Positions 11,202-23,718 of a stretch of 64,000 nt of DNA are shown piece after piece. Each line of letters starts with the position of its first letter. Position 1 is the stretch's first letter. The stretch comes from Squalus acanthias (lineage: Eukaryota). The DNA lies in assembly GCA_030390025.1 (NCBI GenBank), contig CM059432.1:22694001-22758000 (forward strand), given 5' to 3'. Position numbers and translations under genes: made by a program. Under the pieces are notes generated by a model. The model ran no database searches, was not told the DNA's origin, and saw only the letters and a program-made list of their open reading frames with translations.

Positions 11202-11647
11202 GGGGTAGAAATTGACGCATATTGCGCCTATTTTCAGGTGTACAATGGGCACAAAGCATACCAATTTAGCAATGGGGCGGCCTGTGCCCAGCCTGCGCAG
11301 GAGCTGATCCCACTGCCAAATTCATAGGGCCCATTCTTAGGTATCCTGGGCGAACGGCAAAAACAGGCGTTGGGCCCCTTGATTATGTAAATTACAGCCC
11401 CAATTAAAGGACCCCTTTGAGAAATTGGTGACTGATGATCAGGATTCATCAGCGGCCACCAACCAAAGATAAGCAAGTAAAGGTATTTTTACAAATTCCT
11501 TCCTGTGGAGCCAGTTACTTCAAATGGGTTCATGATTCCACTATTTTAGCGGAGGGAGTAAATTCAAATAAGGATGCTCGTATGCTGGCACAATTTCAAG
11601 GCAATGCTTTAGTCTTCTTCCGGCCGGGTTAGGTTAAAATCAGGTCT
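11202..11647. mobile_element. Harbinger-type MITE, decayed
   Basis: Begins ggggtagaaatt (same terminus as 44571) and ends ttaaaatcaggtc. Confidence 0.5.
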
Positions 11648-12516
11648 AAAAAGTCAGACGGCAAAGTGCTGTTGCTATTTCTGATTTGTGTCATTGCTAC
11701 CAGTTTCATAAGTGCCAAGGAAATGTGGTAATCAGAGGGTTAATATATTATTTATAAGTTTAGGGGGAGATCTTGGAACTTGTAGAAGGCAATCATCCAG
11801 CATATAACATGTGAGATGTGTTTACTGTTCTATGTAACTGGTGAAGTGTAAGATTGCTTAAACTGGCAAGACATGTTGTAAACTGGGGCTGAAACTCCAT
11901 TTGTTTAATTAAATACCCATGGAACAAAACAGAATCTGACATTTTCTTGCCAGATGAAAAGATTTTGTGTGATAAATTCGCCTCAAATACCACTGTATTT
12001 TCAGTAGAAATATTTGCTGTTTTCACCGCCTCAGGGACTGAGAATTACTCCTTGAAAATGATTTGGAATTATTTGAATCTTGATAGTGAATTTTAAATCG
12101 GTAACTCTTGGGTCATAGCTGCACAAGCAGCGAACATCCATCAAAAATTGTTATAGCCCTATATCTGCTGCAATGTTATAGCCCGAAATCCATTACCGTG
12201 CTCATTGCTAGTAAAAGTCTGTTCCCAGAGTAAACCCTTGCAAAATCAGGAACTCCTATTGTTTGGAATGGTGAACAGCATAACTCATCATAAAAGGTAT
12301 GAATGCATTGACATCATCCTTTTGATCATGTCTTCCGGGATATATGAGCATATTTCTGCTTACGGGCCTCCAAGTTATGCCTTCCAGTCTTTGTTGTACC
12401 AAACTCCGTCCAATGTTTCCTCATCAGCAGTATGATGACCATCTGTGTACAGAGTGGTAGAAAGACCTATACAGGGCAGCTCAATTGTTCAACACAACCC
12501 AAACCCAACCCCACGC

Positions 12517-13490
12517 ATCATAAAATCATAGAATGATACAGCATAAATGGGTGCCATTCCACCCATCGTGCTCTTTGGTAGAGCTATCCAATAGTCCCAG
12601 TGCACTGCTCTTAACCCCTCGCCCTGTAATTTTATGCCCTTCAAACACTTATCCAATTCCCTTTTGAAAGTTATTATTGAATCTGCCTACACCATCCTTT
12701 CAGGCAGTGCATTCCAGAAGGTTGTGGGTTCAAGTCCCACTCCAGAGACTTAAGCGCAATCATTTAGGCTGACACTCCAGTGTAGTGGGAGTGCTGCACT
12801 GTCGGAGGTGCCGTCTCTCGGATGAGATGTTAAAACGAGGTCCCGTCTGCTCTCTCAGGTGGACGTAAAAGATCCCGTGGCACTATTTTGAAGAAGAGCA
12901 GGGGAGTTAGTCCTGGTGTCCTGGCCAAAATTTATCCCTCAATCAACATTACTAAAACACATCATCTGTTCATTATCACATTGCTGTTTGTGGGAGCTTG
13001 CTGTGTGCATATTGGTTGCCGCATTTCCTACATTACAACAGTGACGACACAAAGTACTTCATTGGCTGTAAAGTGCTTTGGGACGTCCTGAGGTCGTGAA
13101 AGGTGCTATATAAATGCAAGTTTTTTCAAAAAAATTCATAACAACTCGCTGCGTAAAAGAATGTCACCTTTTCTCGCCTTTGGTTCTTTCAGCAATTACC
13201 TTAAATCTGTATCCTCTGGTTACTGACCATTCTGCCACTGGAAACAGTTTCTCCTTATTTACTCTATTCAAACCATTCAAGTTTTTGAACACCTCCATCA
13301 AATCTCCGATTAACCTTCTCTCCTCTAAGGAGAACAACCACAGCTTATCCAGCCTTTCCACATAACATAACTCATCCCTAGAACCATTCCAGTAAATTTC
13401 TTCTGCACCCTCTCTAAGACCTTGACATTCTTCCTAAAGTGTGGGGCCCAGAATTTAACACAATACTCCAGCTGAAGCTGAACAATCAAC
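12517..13490 (-). mobile_element. CR1 3' fragment interrupted by a SINE
   Basis: Minus-strand LEYCVKFWAPHFRK, LFSLEERRLIGDL, RGYRFKV; tail catcataaaatcatagaa at 12517. Confidence 0.85.
12716..13125 (+). mobile_element. Deu-domain SINE
   Basis: B box, Deu core and L2-like tail aaaggtgctatataaatgcaag. Confidence 0.85.
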
Positions 13491-13494
13491 ATAG

Positions 13495-15115
13495 TCACCG
13501 GACATGACAAAGGCCCACCCAGCCCAGTCGACCCTGCAAAGTCCTCCTCACTAAAATCTGCGGATTTGTGCCAAAATTAGGAGAGCTGTCCCACAGACTA
13601 GTCAAGCAACAGCCTGACATAGTCATACTCACAGAATCATACCTTTTAGTCAACATCCCAGACTCCTCCATCACCATCCCTGGGTATGTCCTGTCCCACC
13701 GGCAGGACAGACCCACCGGAGGTGGCGGCACAGTGGTATACAGTTGGGAGGGAGTGGCCCTGGGAGTCCTCAACATTGACTCCGAACCCCATGTGGTCTC
13801 ATGGCATCAGGTCAAATATGGGCAAGAAACCTCCTGCTGATTACCACCTACCGCCCTCCCTCAGCTGATGAATCAGTACTCCTCCACGTTGAACACCACT
13901 TGGAAGAAGCACTGCGGGTAGCAGGGGCACAGAACCTATGCTGGGTGGGGGACTTCAATGTCCATCACCAAGAGTGGCTCATTAGCACCATTACTGAGCG
14001 AATTGGCCGAGTCCTGAAGGATATAGCTCCCAGACTGGGCCTGCGGCAGCTGGTGAGAGAACCAACACGAGGAAAAAACCTACTTGACCTCGTTCTCACC
14101 AATCTACCTGTCGCAGACCCATGACAGTATTGGTAGGACTGACCACTGCACAGTCCTCGTAGAGACGAAGTCCCATCTTCACACTGATGACACCCTCCAT
14201 TGTGTTGTGTGGCACTACCACCATGCTAAATGGGATAAATTCAGAACAGACCTAGCAGCTCAAAACTGGCCATCCATGAGGCGCTGTGGGCCATCAGCAG
14301 CAGCAGAATTGTATTCCACCACAATCTGTAATCTCATGGCCCGGCATATCCCTCACTCTACCATTACCATCAAGCCAGGGGACCAACCTTGGGTCAATGA
14401 GGAGTGCAGAAGAGCAAGCCAGGAGCAGCACCAGGCGCAACTAAAAATGAGGTGCCAACCTGGTGAAGCTGCAACAAAGGACTATATGCGTGCTTAACAG
14501 CGGAAACAGCATGGTATTGACAGAGCTAAGTGATCCCACAACCAATGGATCATATCAAAGCTCTGCAGTTCTGCCACATCCAGTTGATAATGGTGGTGGA
14601 CAATTAAACAACTAACAGGAGGAGGAGGGTCCATGAACATCCTCATCTTCAATGATGGTGGAGCCCAGCATGTGAGTGCAAAAGACAAGGCTGAAGCATT
14701 TGTAACCATCTTCAGCCAGAAATGCCAAGTGGATGATCTATCGCGGCCTCCTCCTAAGGTCCCCACCATCACAGAAGCCAGTCTTCAGCCAATTCGATTC
14801 ACTCCACGTGATGTCAAGAAACAGCTGAGCGCACTCGATATAGCAAAGGCTATGATCCGCAACAAAATCTCGGTTGTCGCGCTGAAGACTTGTGCTTCAG
14901 AACTAGCCGTTCCTCTAGCCAAACTATTTCAGTACAGCTACAACACTGGCATCTACCCGGCAATGTGGAAAATTACCCAGTATATGTCCTGTCCAGAAAA
15001 AGCAGGACAAATCCAATCCGGCCAATTGCCGCCCCATCAGTCTACTCTCAATCATCGGCAAAGTGATGGAAGGCGTCATCGACTGTGTTATCAAGCGGCA
15101 CTAATTCACCAATAA
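13495..15115 (+). mobile_element. Non-LTR retrotransposon of a second family (APE endonuclease + start of RT), frameshifted; clade unresolved
   Basis: PDIVILTESYL, GGGTVVY, TTYRPPS, GDFNVHH, PTRGKNLLDLVLTN, GRTDH, LAVPLAKLFQYS..GIYPAMWK. Confidence 0.85.
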
Positions 15116-15169
15116 CCCCTCATTTTCCTTGTTCGTTTGATGAAAAAAAATCCTTCAGGTGAAAAAGTT

Positions 15170-15578
15170 TTCTCTCACCTCTGAGTCAGAAGGTTGTGGG
15201 TTCAAATCCCATTCCAGGGACTCGAGCACAAAATCTAGGCTGATACTCCAGTGCAGTGCTGAGGGAATGCTGTACTGTTGGAAGTACTGTCTTTCAGATG
15301 AGACGTTAAACCGAGGCCCTGACTGCTCTCTCAGGTGGAAGATCCCATGGCACTAATCTGAAAAAGAATGGAGGAGTTCTCTCAGGTGTCCTGCCCAAAA
15401 TTTATCCCTGAACTAACACATATAAAACAGATTAACTGTTCATTATCACATTGCCGTTTGTGGGAACTTGCTGTGCAACAGTGACTGGCACTTCAAAAGT
15501 ACTTAATTGATTGTAAAGCACTTTGGAATGTCCTGAGATCATGAAAGGCGCTATAAAAATACAAGTTCTATCTTTTTT
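15170..15578 (+). mobile_element. Deu-domain SINE
   Basis: Same head, core and tail as 12716-13125. Confidence 0.85.
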
Positions 15579-17514
15579 AAACTTAACTTCCTCGTTTTTT
15601 AATTTGCATTTGAACCCTTCATCATAGTGGACAATTTGCCTGGATCAACTTTTGTCAATTCCATCTGTAATCTTGGTAACTTCAATTTGGCAATTATCCA
15701 ACACAATATAATAAACAACTAAATGGCAGGCAGGTGCAATCTTATTTTAAAAAGGACAATAGTAGCGTAATTCATTTGAAGGAAATTCTATGCCCCAGTT
15801 TTATTATCAATCGCTCCTACATTAGCATAGCACAGATTAGGCAGACAGTAAGCTTCTTCTATTCAGTTCCAACAATCTGTTTTATCCCCAATGCAGGAAC
15901 ACCTTTTCTCACACCAGCCATCTCTGTGACCTTAGAGATTGTCAATTTTTGGTGACAAATTATGCAGAGTTTTGTGCTGTGGGTTCACGTCGAGTAGTTA
16001 CTGAGGCTGAAGTTATGGAAATTAATTTCACACGGGATTCTTGCCCATCAGTCTGAAGTGGATGAAGGTCCACAGATACTTTAATTTATTATTGAGAGGC
16101 CTAGCTGGTGGACGAAGGCCCGTAATCCTGGACACTACCAAGGTTGAAAAGAGCAGGAGAGATGACAAGTTAAATCCAAAAGCACTGGTATGTTTCACCA
16201 AATCTGGATTTGTAACCGTTCAAAGTTGGAAGGAAGAAGGGAAAATTGAGGGATGTAAGGAATGGGGAAAAGATAACCCAAGGTAACCCAAATATTGCTA
16301 ACCCAATATACCAAAGATCCCATTAACTATGAGGCTTAATTATTTTAGGTGTTATAGTTTCTTCGGGACTCTAACATGCTATTGAATACTGAGACATTAT
16401 AGTGCATAACAGCCCCACCTTGCCTGGGTTTCCTGGTGATCCAAATGCTGAACAGTGTGATACATAGTAATAACTTGGGCACATACTTAATGGCATAAAG
16501 AAATTACAAAATCATAACATTCAGCTGATCAGAGAGAACATCTACATAATGGTGTTTTTATTTTGAATGCATCCAGCTTTCTGTTGCCTCCAGCAGCACA
16601 TTGAAAATCCTAACCATGGACTCTGCGGCTCTTGCATTTAAGGTGAGCAATCAGTACAGTTGTCCTGCAGGTGTGCTTGCAATGCCTATCATAGCAAAAT
16701 ATGTGGGCTGAATCTTATTATCCCACTGTACAGTGTCAAGTTTATCTTTGGCATAAGTTATAAATTTGGCATTTTATTTTAGCAACGGCATTCACTACAG
16801 CGTCGCAGCATAATGCTTAGATCTATCGCTAAAGATCAAAATCCAAGTTAATTGTTCTAAACATTGTATTCACACTTTTAGGACTGATGCAGCATTCATG
16901 CAGCAAAAGGAAAACAACTGTTACGAGGACTTGTTGATCGGCTCAATCCCTGAAACAGTCAAGAATGTCACAGATCAGTTGAACTCTGCTATGTTGGGCA
17001 TTTGGGTAATTTTATGTCACCGATACTCTTGTCTGTTGCATTTCAAGTAAATTGCACTCACCTTTTGTTCCTCTCCTGAATTGTCACGCCGGAAGGTGGT
17101 GACTTCAATGGAAGCGTAAGTTGGGCAGGGTGTAAAATGGGCAGTCAATCCAATACCACCTGTTTTCTGCCCAGTGGTAAGAGTGAACATTCAGCCCAAT
17201 GAGTATTGGTGGGTTATTTGTCCATAAAGAACTCAATCCTGACCTCAACTGACATCCAGAAGTAGGCACTTTCTAACAGCAGTAGCGGGGCAAGATCAAC
17301 TGTAACACCCACAGCACAGCTTTAGCTGAGATCAGCAGACTTAACACACTGAACCATTAGAGATATTGGTTTAAAGCATTTGTATGACATTCCTCCGTCC
17401 ACTGACCCCATTAAAAAGTAGACAGAGGAATGTCACATGAACACATCAAGCATGCACACACTAATATCAGCAACAGTCATTTCTAGGCTACAGTAATATC
17501 TCATTGTACAACCA

Positions 17515-18900
17515 CACCAATAACCTACACACAAACTTTTTCATACTTAAGAGTCTCAGCTTGTGGAATTGACTGCCACCTAGTGCAGTAAATATTAAAT
17601 CCATTAAAACATTCCTAAAAGAACTGGATCCAATTCTGAATTTGCACTGTAGAGATTCGCGTCTCTCTGGTAAACAGGATTGAGTGCAAACCAATATGGT
17701 GGTTATATTGTGTTTAATCGGAGTTTAGGACAGAATATAACACACTAGTAATACAGCAGAAACATACGACTGTGACAAGTAGCTGGTACCGGACCCGATC
17801 GGACAGATGGCGTGAACAACTCTTCTTATTCGTTCTCCTGTTTGTCTCACGTATCTCTCTCTCTCTCTCTCTCTGAACTACCCAAGAGTGTTAGACTAGG
17901 GTCTGCATGTGTCCACTCTCTGAAGAGTGTTAGAACACCAACTCACTCTTGGGAGCCCCTTGCGCCACGGTCTGAGCTAAGAGTTCTTTAGCTCTTCCTT
18001 TTATTCTCTTCTTAGGGGTGGGCCTGAGGTAGAATAATGGACAAGACCATTTAACCTATAGAGGTTCCCCTTAAAACAAGGTGTCCAATGGCATGTCGAG
18101 TTCTTTGTCTTAACTTACTGCCCTCAAGGGGTCTTCACAACCATTGCACATGCTTTCTGTACTTGTCCAATTATGGCCTTATAGTATGTTGAGGACTGTC
18201 TTCCCTTATCTCATCTGGCCCTTTCCTTCCAAAGCAATAGTCTCTTATCTAATCCTGTCTTGTCCCCCCTGGTGCAGCCACTGCGTGTACCAGGCACAGC
18301 TTTGGGCCATTAAATCAGAGGCCCAATCCAGAGCTGTCTTACTCAACCAGCCGCCATCCAAACTATCTTCCCTTACTCTAACAAACTATTCCATCCTGAG
18401 ATGGTACCTTAACTCCCATAAATTCCTTCTATTCTATGTCCTTTATACTAATTAACATTTAATTATCTTTGCAAGCAGTTCTGTTAAACAAACTCCAAAT
18501 TCTACCTTAGTATTATAATATGGTTATTAGTAATAATGGAAGAAACATAGGTTGGGCCTTCATTGGCCAAATTAAAGATACATTAACAAAGTCAAAACCC
18601 TAACTTACAAACAACAGACAGCTAGCCTGGCAGGGCAAGGCCATGCTATGGGCCCCTGTGTGGAATGTTATGCCTCATCTAATCTAACTAACTGAAGACA
18701 TTTTGTCTCTAAGTCTAATATAAGTCTCCAGGAAAACAAAACCTACACAGTTCCAGTAAGGCACAACTTATACATTAACCCCTTACTTGTCTCGAGCAGA
18801 AACATATAATCATTTATTCGGTTTACAGTTTGATTCGCATAACCATATATATTTTTAGGCACCCCTAGTTTCTAACGCACAGAATAAAGGGATATTGGTT
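17515..18900 (+). mobile_element. Old CR1 ORF2 C-terminal remnant split by an LTR
   Basis: LWN*LPPSAVNIKSIKTFLKELDPILNLH at 17560-17647 continues in frame as RIKGY after 18880. Confidence 0.65.
17648..18876 (-). mobile_element. Solo LTR-like insertion, 1229 bp
   Basis: 4-bp TSD GCAC (17644-47 / 18877-80). Termini tgtagaga...tttctaac (right end imperfect). Removing it restores the CR1 reading frame. Minus-strand TATAAA (~18442) and AATAAA (~18000). Confidence 0.7.
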
Positions 18901-19019
18901 TGCTGATGGAGAAGGATCCCAGAGCGCACTGCAAAGAATCAATAGCTCTTTTCAATCTTATATTCTTAAACAAGGGCCCGAATTTCCCTGGACTGCTGCA
19001 GCTCCGCTGCCATAAATTT

Positions 19020-19368
19020 ATCGGACTAGAGGTCATGGACTAATAATCCAGAGACTATGAGTTCAAATCCTGGCATGCCAGTTTGAGAATTTGAATTCAG
19101 TTTAAAAAAAATCTGGAAATAAAAAAGACCGGTATCAGTAAAAGTGACCATGAAGCTGTCAGATTGTCGTTAAAAACCCAACTGGCTCACTAATGTCCTT
19201 CAGGGAAGGAAACCTGTCATCTTTACCCAGTCTGGCCTATATGTGGCTCAAGTCCTAAACCAACGTGGTGGACTCTTAACTGCCCTCCGAAGTCGCCCGG
19301 AAAGTCAGAATGGCAATAAATGCTGACCTTGCCAGTGACGCCCATTTCCCAAGAATGTGTAAAAAAGA
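19020..19368 (+). mobile_element. SINE-like element sharing its 3' tail with the LINE fragments at 25729-26460 and 30213-30440
   Basis: B-box-like gagttcaaatcc (~19059). Tail ggcaataaatgctgaccttgccagtgacgccca matches 26408-26455. Confidence 0.7.
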
Positions 19369-19412
19369 GGATGTATGGTGGAAACCCAGTTTATGCTGGG
19401 AGCAGTTGTGAG

Positions 19413-19586
19413 CAATGTTACCGCTAATTTTTAGGGGGGGTTGCACGGCCCCTTTAAGGGGCTGCGCAACCCATTCACAGTTTTGCGCATGTGTGAAATT
19501 TAACATTGGAAAAGCCAGTCCCGGGCTGCACGGGGCCGGCAAAGAGCTGCACGGCTGCGCGGCCATGCAGTATAGAGGGAATGTTG
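19413..19586. mobile_element. hAT-superfamily MITE, 174 bp
   Basis: Imperfect TIRs caatgttaccgcta / tagagggaatgttg; 8-bp TSD gttgtgag / gtggtgag (1 mismatch). Confidence 0.7.
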
Positions 19587-19594
19587 GTGGTGAG

Positions 19595-19810
19595 GTACCC
19601 TGGCCAACAGTGAGCACTCAACCAACATCACCAATCTGGTCATTATCTGGTCATTATCTCATTGTTATGTGTGGGATCATGCCGTGCACAAATTTATACC
19701 ACAATTACAACAATGACTATACTTCAAAAGTACTTCATTGGGTGTAAGACGCGTTTAGGCATCCTGAGGTTGTGAAAGGTGCTATATAAATGCAAGTTTT
19801 TCTTTCTTTG
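19595..19810 (+). mobile_element. Deu-domain SINE 3' half
   Basis: ctggtcattatc..acttcaaaagtacttcattgg..aaaggtgctatataaatgcaag tail. Confidence 0.75.
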
Positions 19811-20546
19811 ATTCGGTTAGGTACAGAACTGCCCACAATTTGGCTTGAATCTGCCACTGTCAATGACAAAGATTATAGAAATTACTTGAATGAAAAATGG
19901 AGAGAAAAGACTGGTCTACAGGAGTGTGTATCTGAAGTTAAGCTTAAGGTACATTTGTTGTGAAAGAGTATTCGGAGCTTTATTCTGGATGTGGACCATG
20001 GTATACCTGACCCAGGAGTGCTTAATACTGACACTGGATGCAAAGAGTAGAAAAATGTTGCAATCCCAGCACAGACACCCCTCACCTTAATAAGAACCAA
20101 ATGCATAAATATATCTCACTGACTTTACATAGACACTTGTAGTATAAATCCAAATCAATTCACACCTGCTCTTGTGCTCCATTTATTTACTTCTTGTTGT
20201 CTCACATGCAGACATCATCATTCAGGTGAAATCTGGAAGCACTCTGAAAACTCCTTCATCAACAATATAGTCTGTCCCACTGATTTTATCGAACAGAAGG
20301 CAGATTTTCCAGGTGATAAGTTAAAGAATGAGGCTATTCATAATCTCTGCCACTCATACTTGTTATGTGTTTTGTTTATGGCAACATAGAATTTTGGAGG
20401 TTTTTATGACTTATAATTTGGGGCGTGGGTTCTGTAGCTGGTTAGAATGCTATTCTTTGACTTCTCGGATCGAGATTAAATTGCAGCCCAGACTGACGGG
20501 ACTAAAGTCTCCTTACGCTGCACATACGTCAGTAAGTAGTCTCAAT

Positions 20547-21257
20547 GGCCCGAAAATTAAACCTAATACGCGAGAGTACGCACTGTGTACTCTCACGTAT
20601 TAGATACCGAATTGCCGGTTTCCTGCATGCACTGCGCATGCGCGGGAAACCGGCACTTCGTGAATTGCAAAGGGGGCGGTTCCTAAGTGAACCGCGTGCG
20701 TGCTACAGGCTGTGCGCACGCAGTGCACTTAGTTTTTTTTTCAGCTTTGAACGCGCAGGTAAGTGGTGAAGATTTTACACATAAAGAAAGCAGGCGTAGG
20801 ACCCCCTTTTAACAAGGTAAGTAGTTAATTAAGTGTTATTTTAAATTTTTTTCAACAGGTTTGTCATTTTTAGAGACTTTAAAGAAAGGTAAATTTATTT
20901 TTATAATTTTTAAAAAGATTTTAAATTTTTTCAAAAATTTAATTTTTTGTTTAAAGTGGTTAATTTATTTAACTATACTTATTTTATTAATGTGATGGCT
21001 TTTTAAAAAAATTTAATTGAGGTTTAGCTGTTCTTTTGGGGGTTTGTAGCTGCCATTGGCTCTAACTGAATCACGTGATCCCAGAGCTCGCACGAACTAA
21101 TTGCGCCTCTGGGATACGTACACACTGCACGGTTGCAACAAGAAGAGGCTCTGAAACTAAAGTTTGTGTGGGCCCCAAACAAAAAGGTAGGCACGGAGTG
21201 CGATATCGCGGGGAATCCTTACCCCCGCGGGAATCATCCATGTTTAATTTCTGGGCC
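20547..21257 (+). mobile_element. Harbinger-type MITE (GGCC termini, AT-rich core)
   Basis: ggcccgaaaatt...aatttctgggcc, flanked by AAT/ATT. Highly similar copy at 47409-48168. Confidence 0.8.
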
Positions 21258-22236
21258 ATTATATTTCCTATTCAGCACGGGCCCACAGAACAAAGCTGAC
21301 TACAGATTCCTGCAGATTGACACTAACCTCACAATCTCAGTTGGAGAGGTAATAATGACGGCTTGAGGAGAAACCAGGAAAATTTATATCGGGCCATTGA
21401 AAGTCTGTTGACTGTGGGAGAAAGGGAGGACTGAGGGGGGGGGCGGGTAAGGAGATATTAGGGGGGCTGACCAAAAACTTGGTTGAATAGCCTTGCCTAA
21501 AAAAGCCAATTGGAAGACCAAGAATACATTCAGACTATATTGTTTTTCGACAAGAAGTAATCAATATGAAGCCATTAGGATAGGAAGAAAAGAAAAGGAG
21601 CTTAATCAAAATACCAACAGAAGAAAGAATTGAAGTGCCACTGAGGCCTTAACAGGTAGCTTTTGATTCATGAGTGATTTTCGTTTGTCTTGCACATTAT
21701 TGATTTAGCAGCACCACTGTTTGCTAAACTGTTTGGTGATAACATGCTTCTGACCTACTTTATTCCTAAGAGGCTAAAGCTACTTATCAGCCTGTCACTT
21801 TGTGAGTACCAATAGATTACACTATTTTAGGCCCAATTCACAATGGAATCATTTGCCTCAACTTGTAACTGCGATGCCAGTCTGGCTACAAGGCTACACA
21901 GAATTTCTACCCTATTTTAGTCCCCTGCCAATAACTAACTATAGTTTCAGGATATTTGTAAATCAGTAAATAATGCTAAGGCAGTAATACATGAATCTAA
22001 AAAAATGGCTTTACAGCCAAACAAAGAAACAAAAAGGTAATATTTGCATTTACGCAGAGCCTTGCCATGTTATGGAGACATTTCACTCGTTGCAGTACTT
22101 ATTTTGTCATGTTATGTAGGCAAACACAGTAGACATTCTGCACAAACAGCAATGAGACAAATAACCAGTTAATTTGCACATTCCATAAACTTAAGCTTAT
22201 CCACAACTCTGCTGCCTGTATCCTAACTCGAAACAA

Positions 22237-23541
22237 GGGGGGAATTTTGCGGGGGATCAGCGGGCACAATCGGTGGCGGGTCAGGTGGGAAAATGTTTAT
22301 TTTTGACAGAGGGTCGGGACCCCGCTGTCAACCCGCCACCAGGTGCCTTTCCCAAATGTCGGGTCTGTCATCACTGAGCAGACCTGACATGCAGTGGCGG
22401 GGGAGGCAATTCAGGTCAGTATGACCTTGCAAACAGAGGATTAAGAACTATTTTCAGCTCACTTTCAGAGTTTACCAGGGCACCCACGGAGACGACGCTG
22501 CTCAGGGAACAATTCAGGTATGCAGGGCGGGATTGAATGGCCATGGAATCATCACATTACTTGACAATTGCAAATGTGCTATAAAAGCTCCCATCTCACA
22601 GCTGTTCACTTTCCAAGCTCAGAAGCTGTTGCTTACTGCATTTGGAACACAGATTGAGCTTTATGCAGGTTGCAATTGTTTAGAGCAAACTCTCTATCCA
22701 GTGTCACCTCATTGGAACAACCTCTCTCACCATTGACAAATCGCTTCTGTCATCTCAAGTTCACCTGCCATCTATTACATAAGAATGGGTACGGTTTAAA
22801 CTGTCTCAGCTTGGTCCTCAGAATCCCACCACGATCAGCCCTAACACCAGCAGCATCAGGCACACCAGCAGCACCAACAACAACACCAACCTTGTCCGCA
22901 ATCAACTGATGATGCACATGACAGAGGGCATCAGCACCCGACCACATTGCTGCCCAGGAGGCCAGGGATTGCCTCACCATGGCCAGATTTACTTCACTTG
23001 ACACTGTACACCCTGGCTTCCACATGATGCACCAGGTTGGCACCACCCCACACCAACACCATAAAGCATTCCTACAATGACCAAGCCATTCCTTTCACAC
23101 TCATCATCATTGCGGGGGGTACTGTTATGTCTCACCATTCACTGCAACTTACTAAGCCACTTCCAAAGGTGCACACAAATCTGTCCAAGAACACAAAGTG
23201 TTGAAAATAAAGGTTTCAATGTTTGACACCACATTAACAGAAACTTTATATAGACATTGTGTAAAGCACCCAAGTGTCTACCCTTGTGTGTTGTTAGTTG
23301 GTATGATTGCACTAAGATGAGGGTGAGTGTGACGGGTGGCTAGTGAGATGGGGAAGTGATAATGTAAATAGAGAGGGATGGGTGGAGGTGCAAGGTAAGT
23401 TGGTGTGTGTAAGGATGTGCAGGAGTAGGGTAGGGAAGGAGAGTGATGGGGATGTGATGAGTGGCATAACAGGATGAGGTTGAGTGTGGCTTTGTACTAA
23501 CAGTTCGTGATCTACTGAGATCATTGAAAGGGTTGCGCCAC
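22237..23541. mobile_element. Internally deleted Harbinger element inside an L2 remnant
   Basis: Terminus ggggggaatttt. Body shared with 36671-38260. Minus-strand Myb fragment WRNPFNDLSRS at ~23510-23540. L2-like sequence on both sides (22185-22236, 23542-23718). Confidence 0.65.
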
Positions 23542-23718
23542 TCTGGAATTCTCTCCCTAAACCTCTCCACCTCTCTCTCCTCCTTTAAGATGCTCATTAA
23601 AACCAACCTCTTTGATGAAGCTTTTGGTCATTTGTCCTAATGTCTTCTTCTTTTGCTCAATGTCAATTTCTATCTGATTACGATCCTGTGAAGTGGCTTG
23701 GGCCATTTTACCACGTTA

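Noticed and set aside
11790..12460. Degraded gene or endogenous virus in unique-looking DNA
   Set aside because: Reading across the 77/76-aa ORFs gives a stop density similar to random AT-rich DNA and no motif I can name. A TBLASTX search would settle it.
17855..17874. (CT)n microsatellite as an independent feature
   Set aside because: Short and part of the LTR-like insertion.
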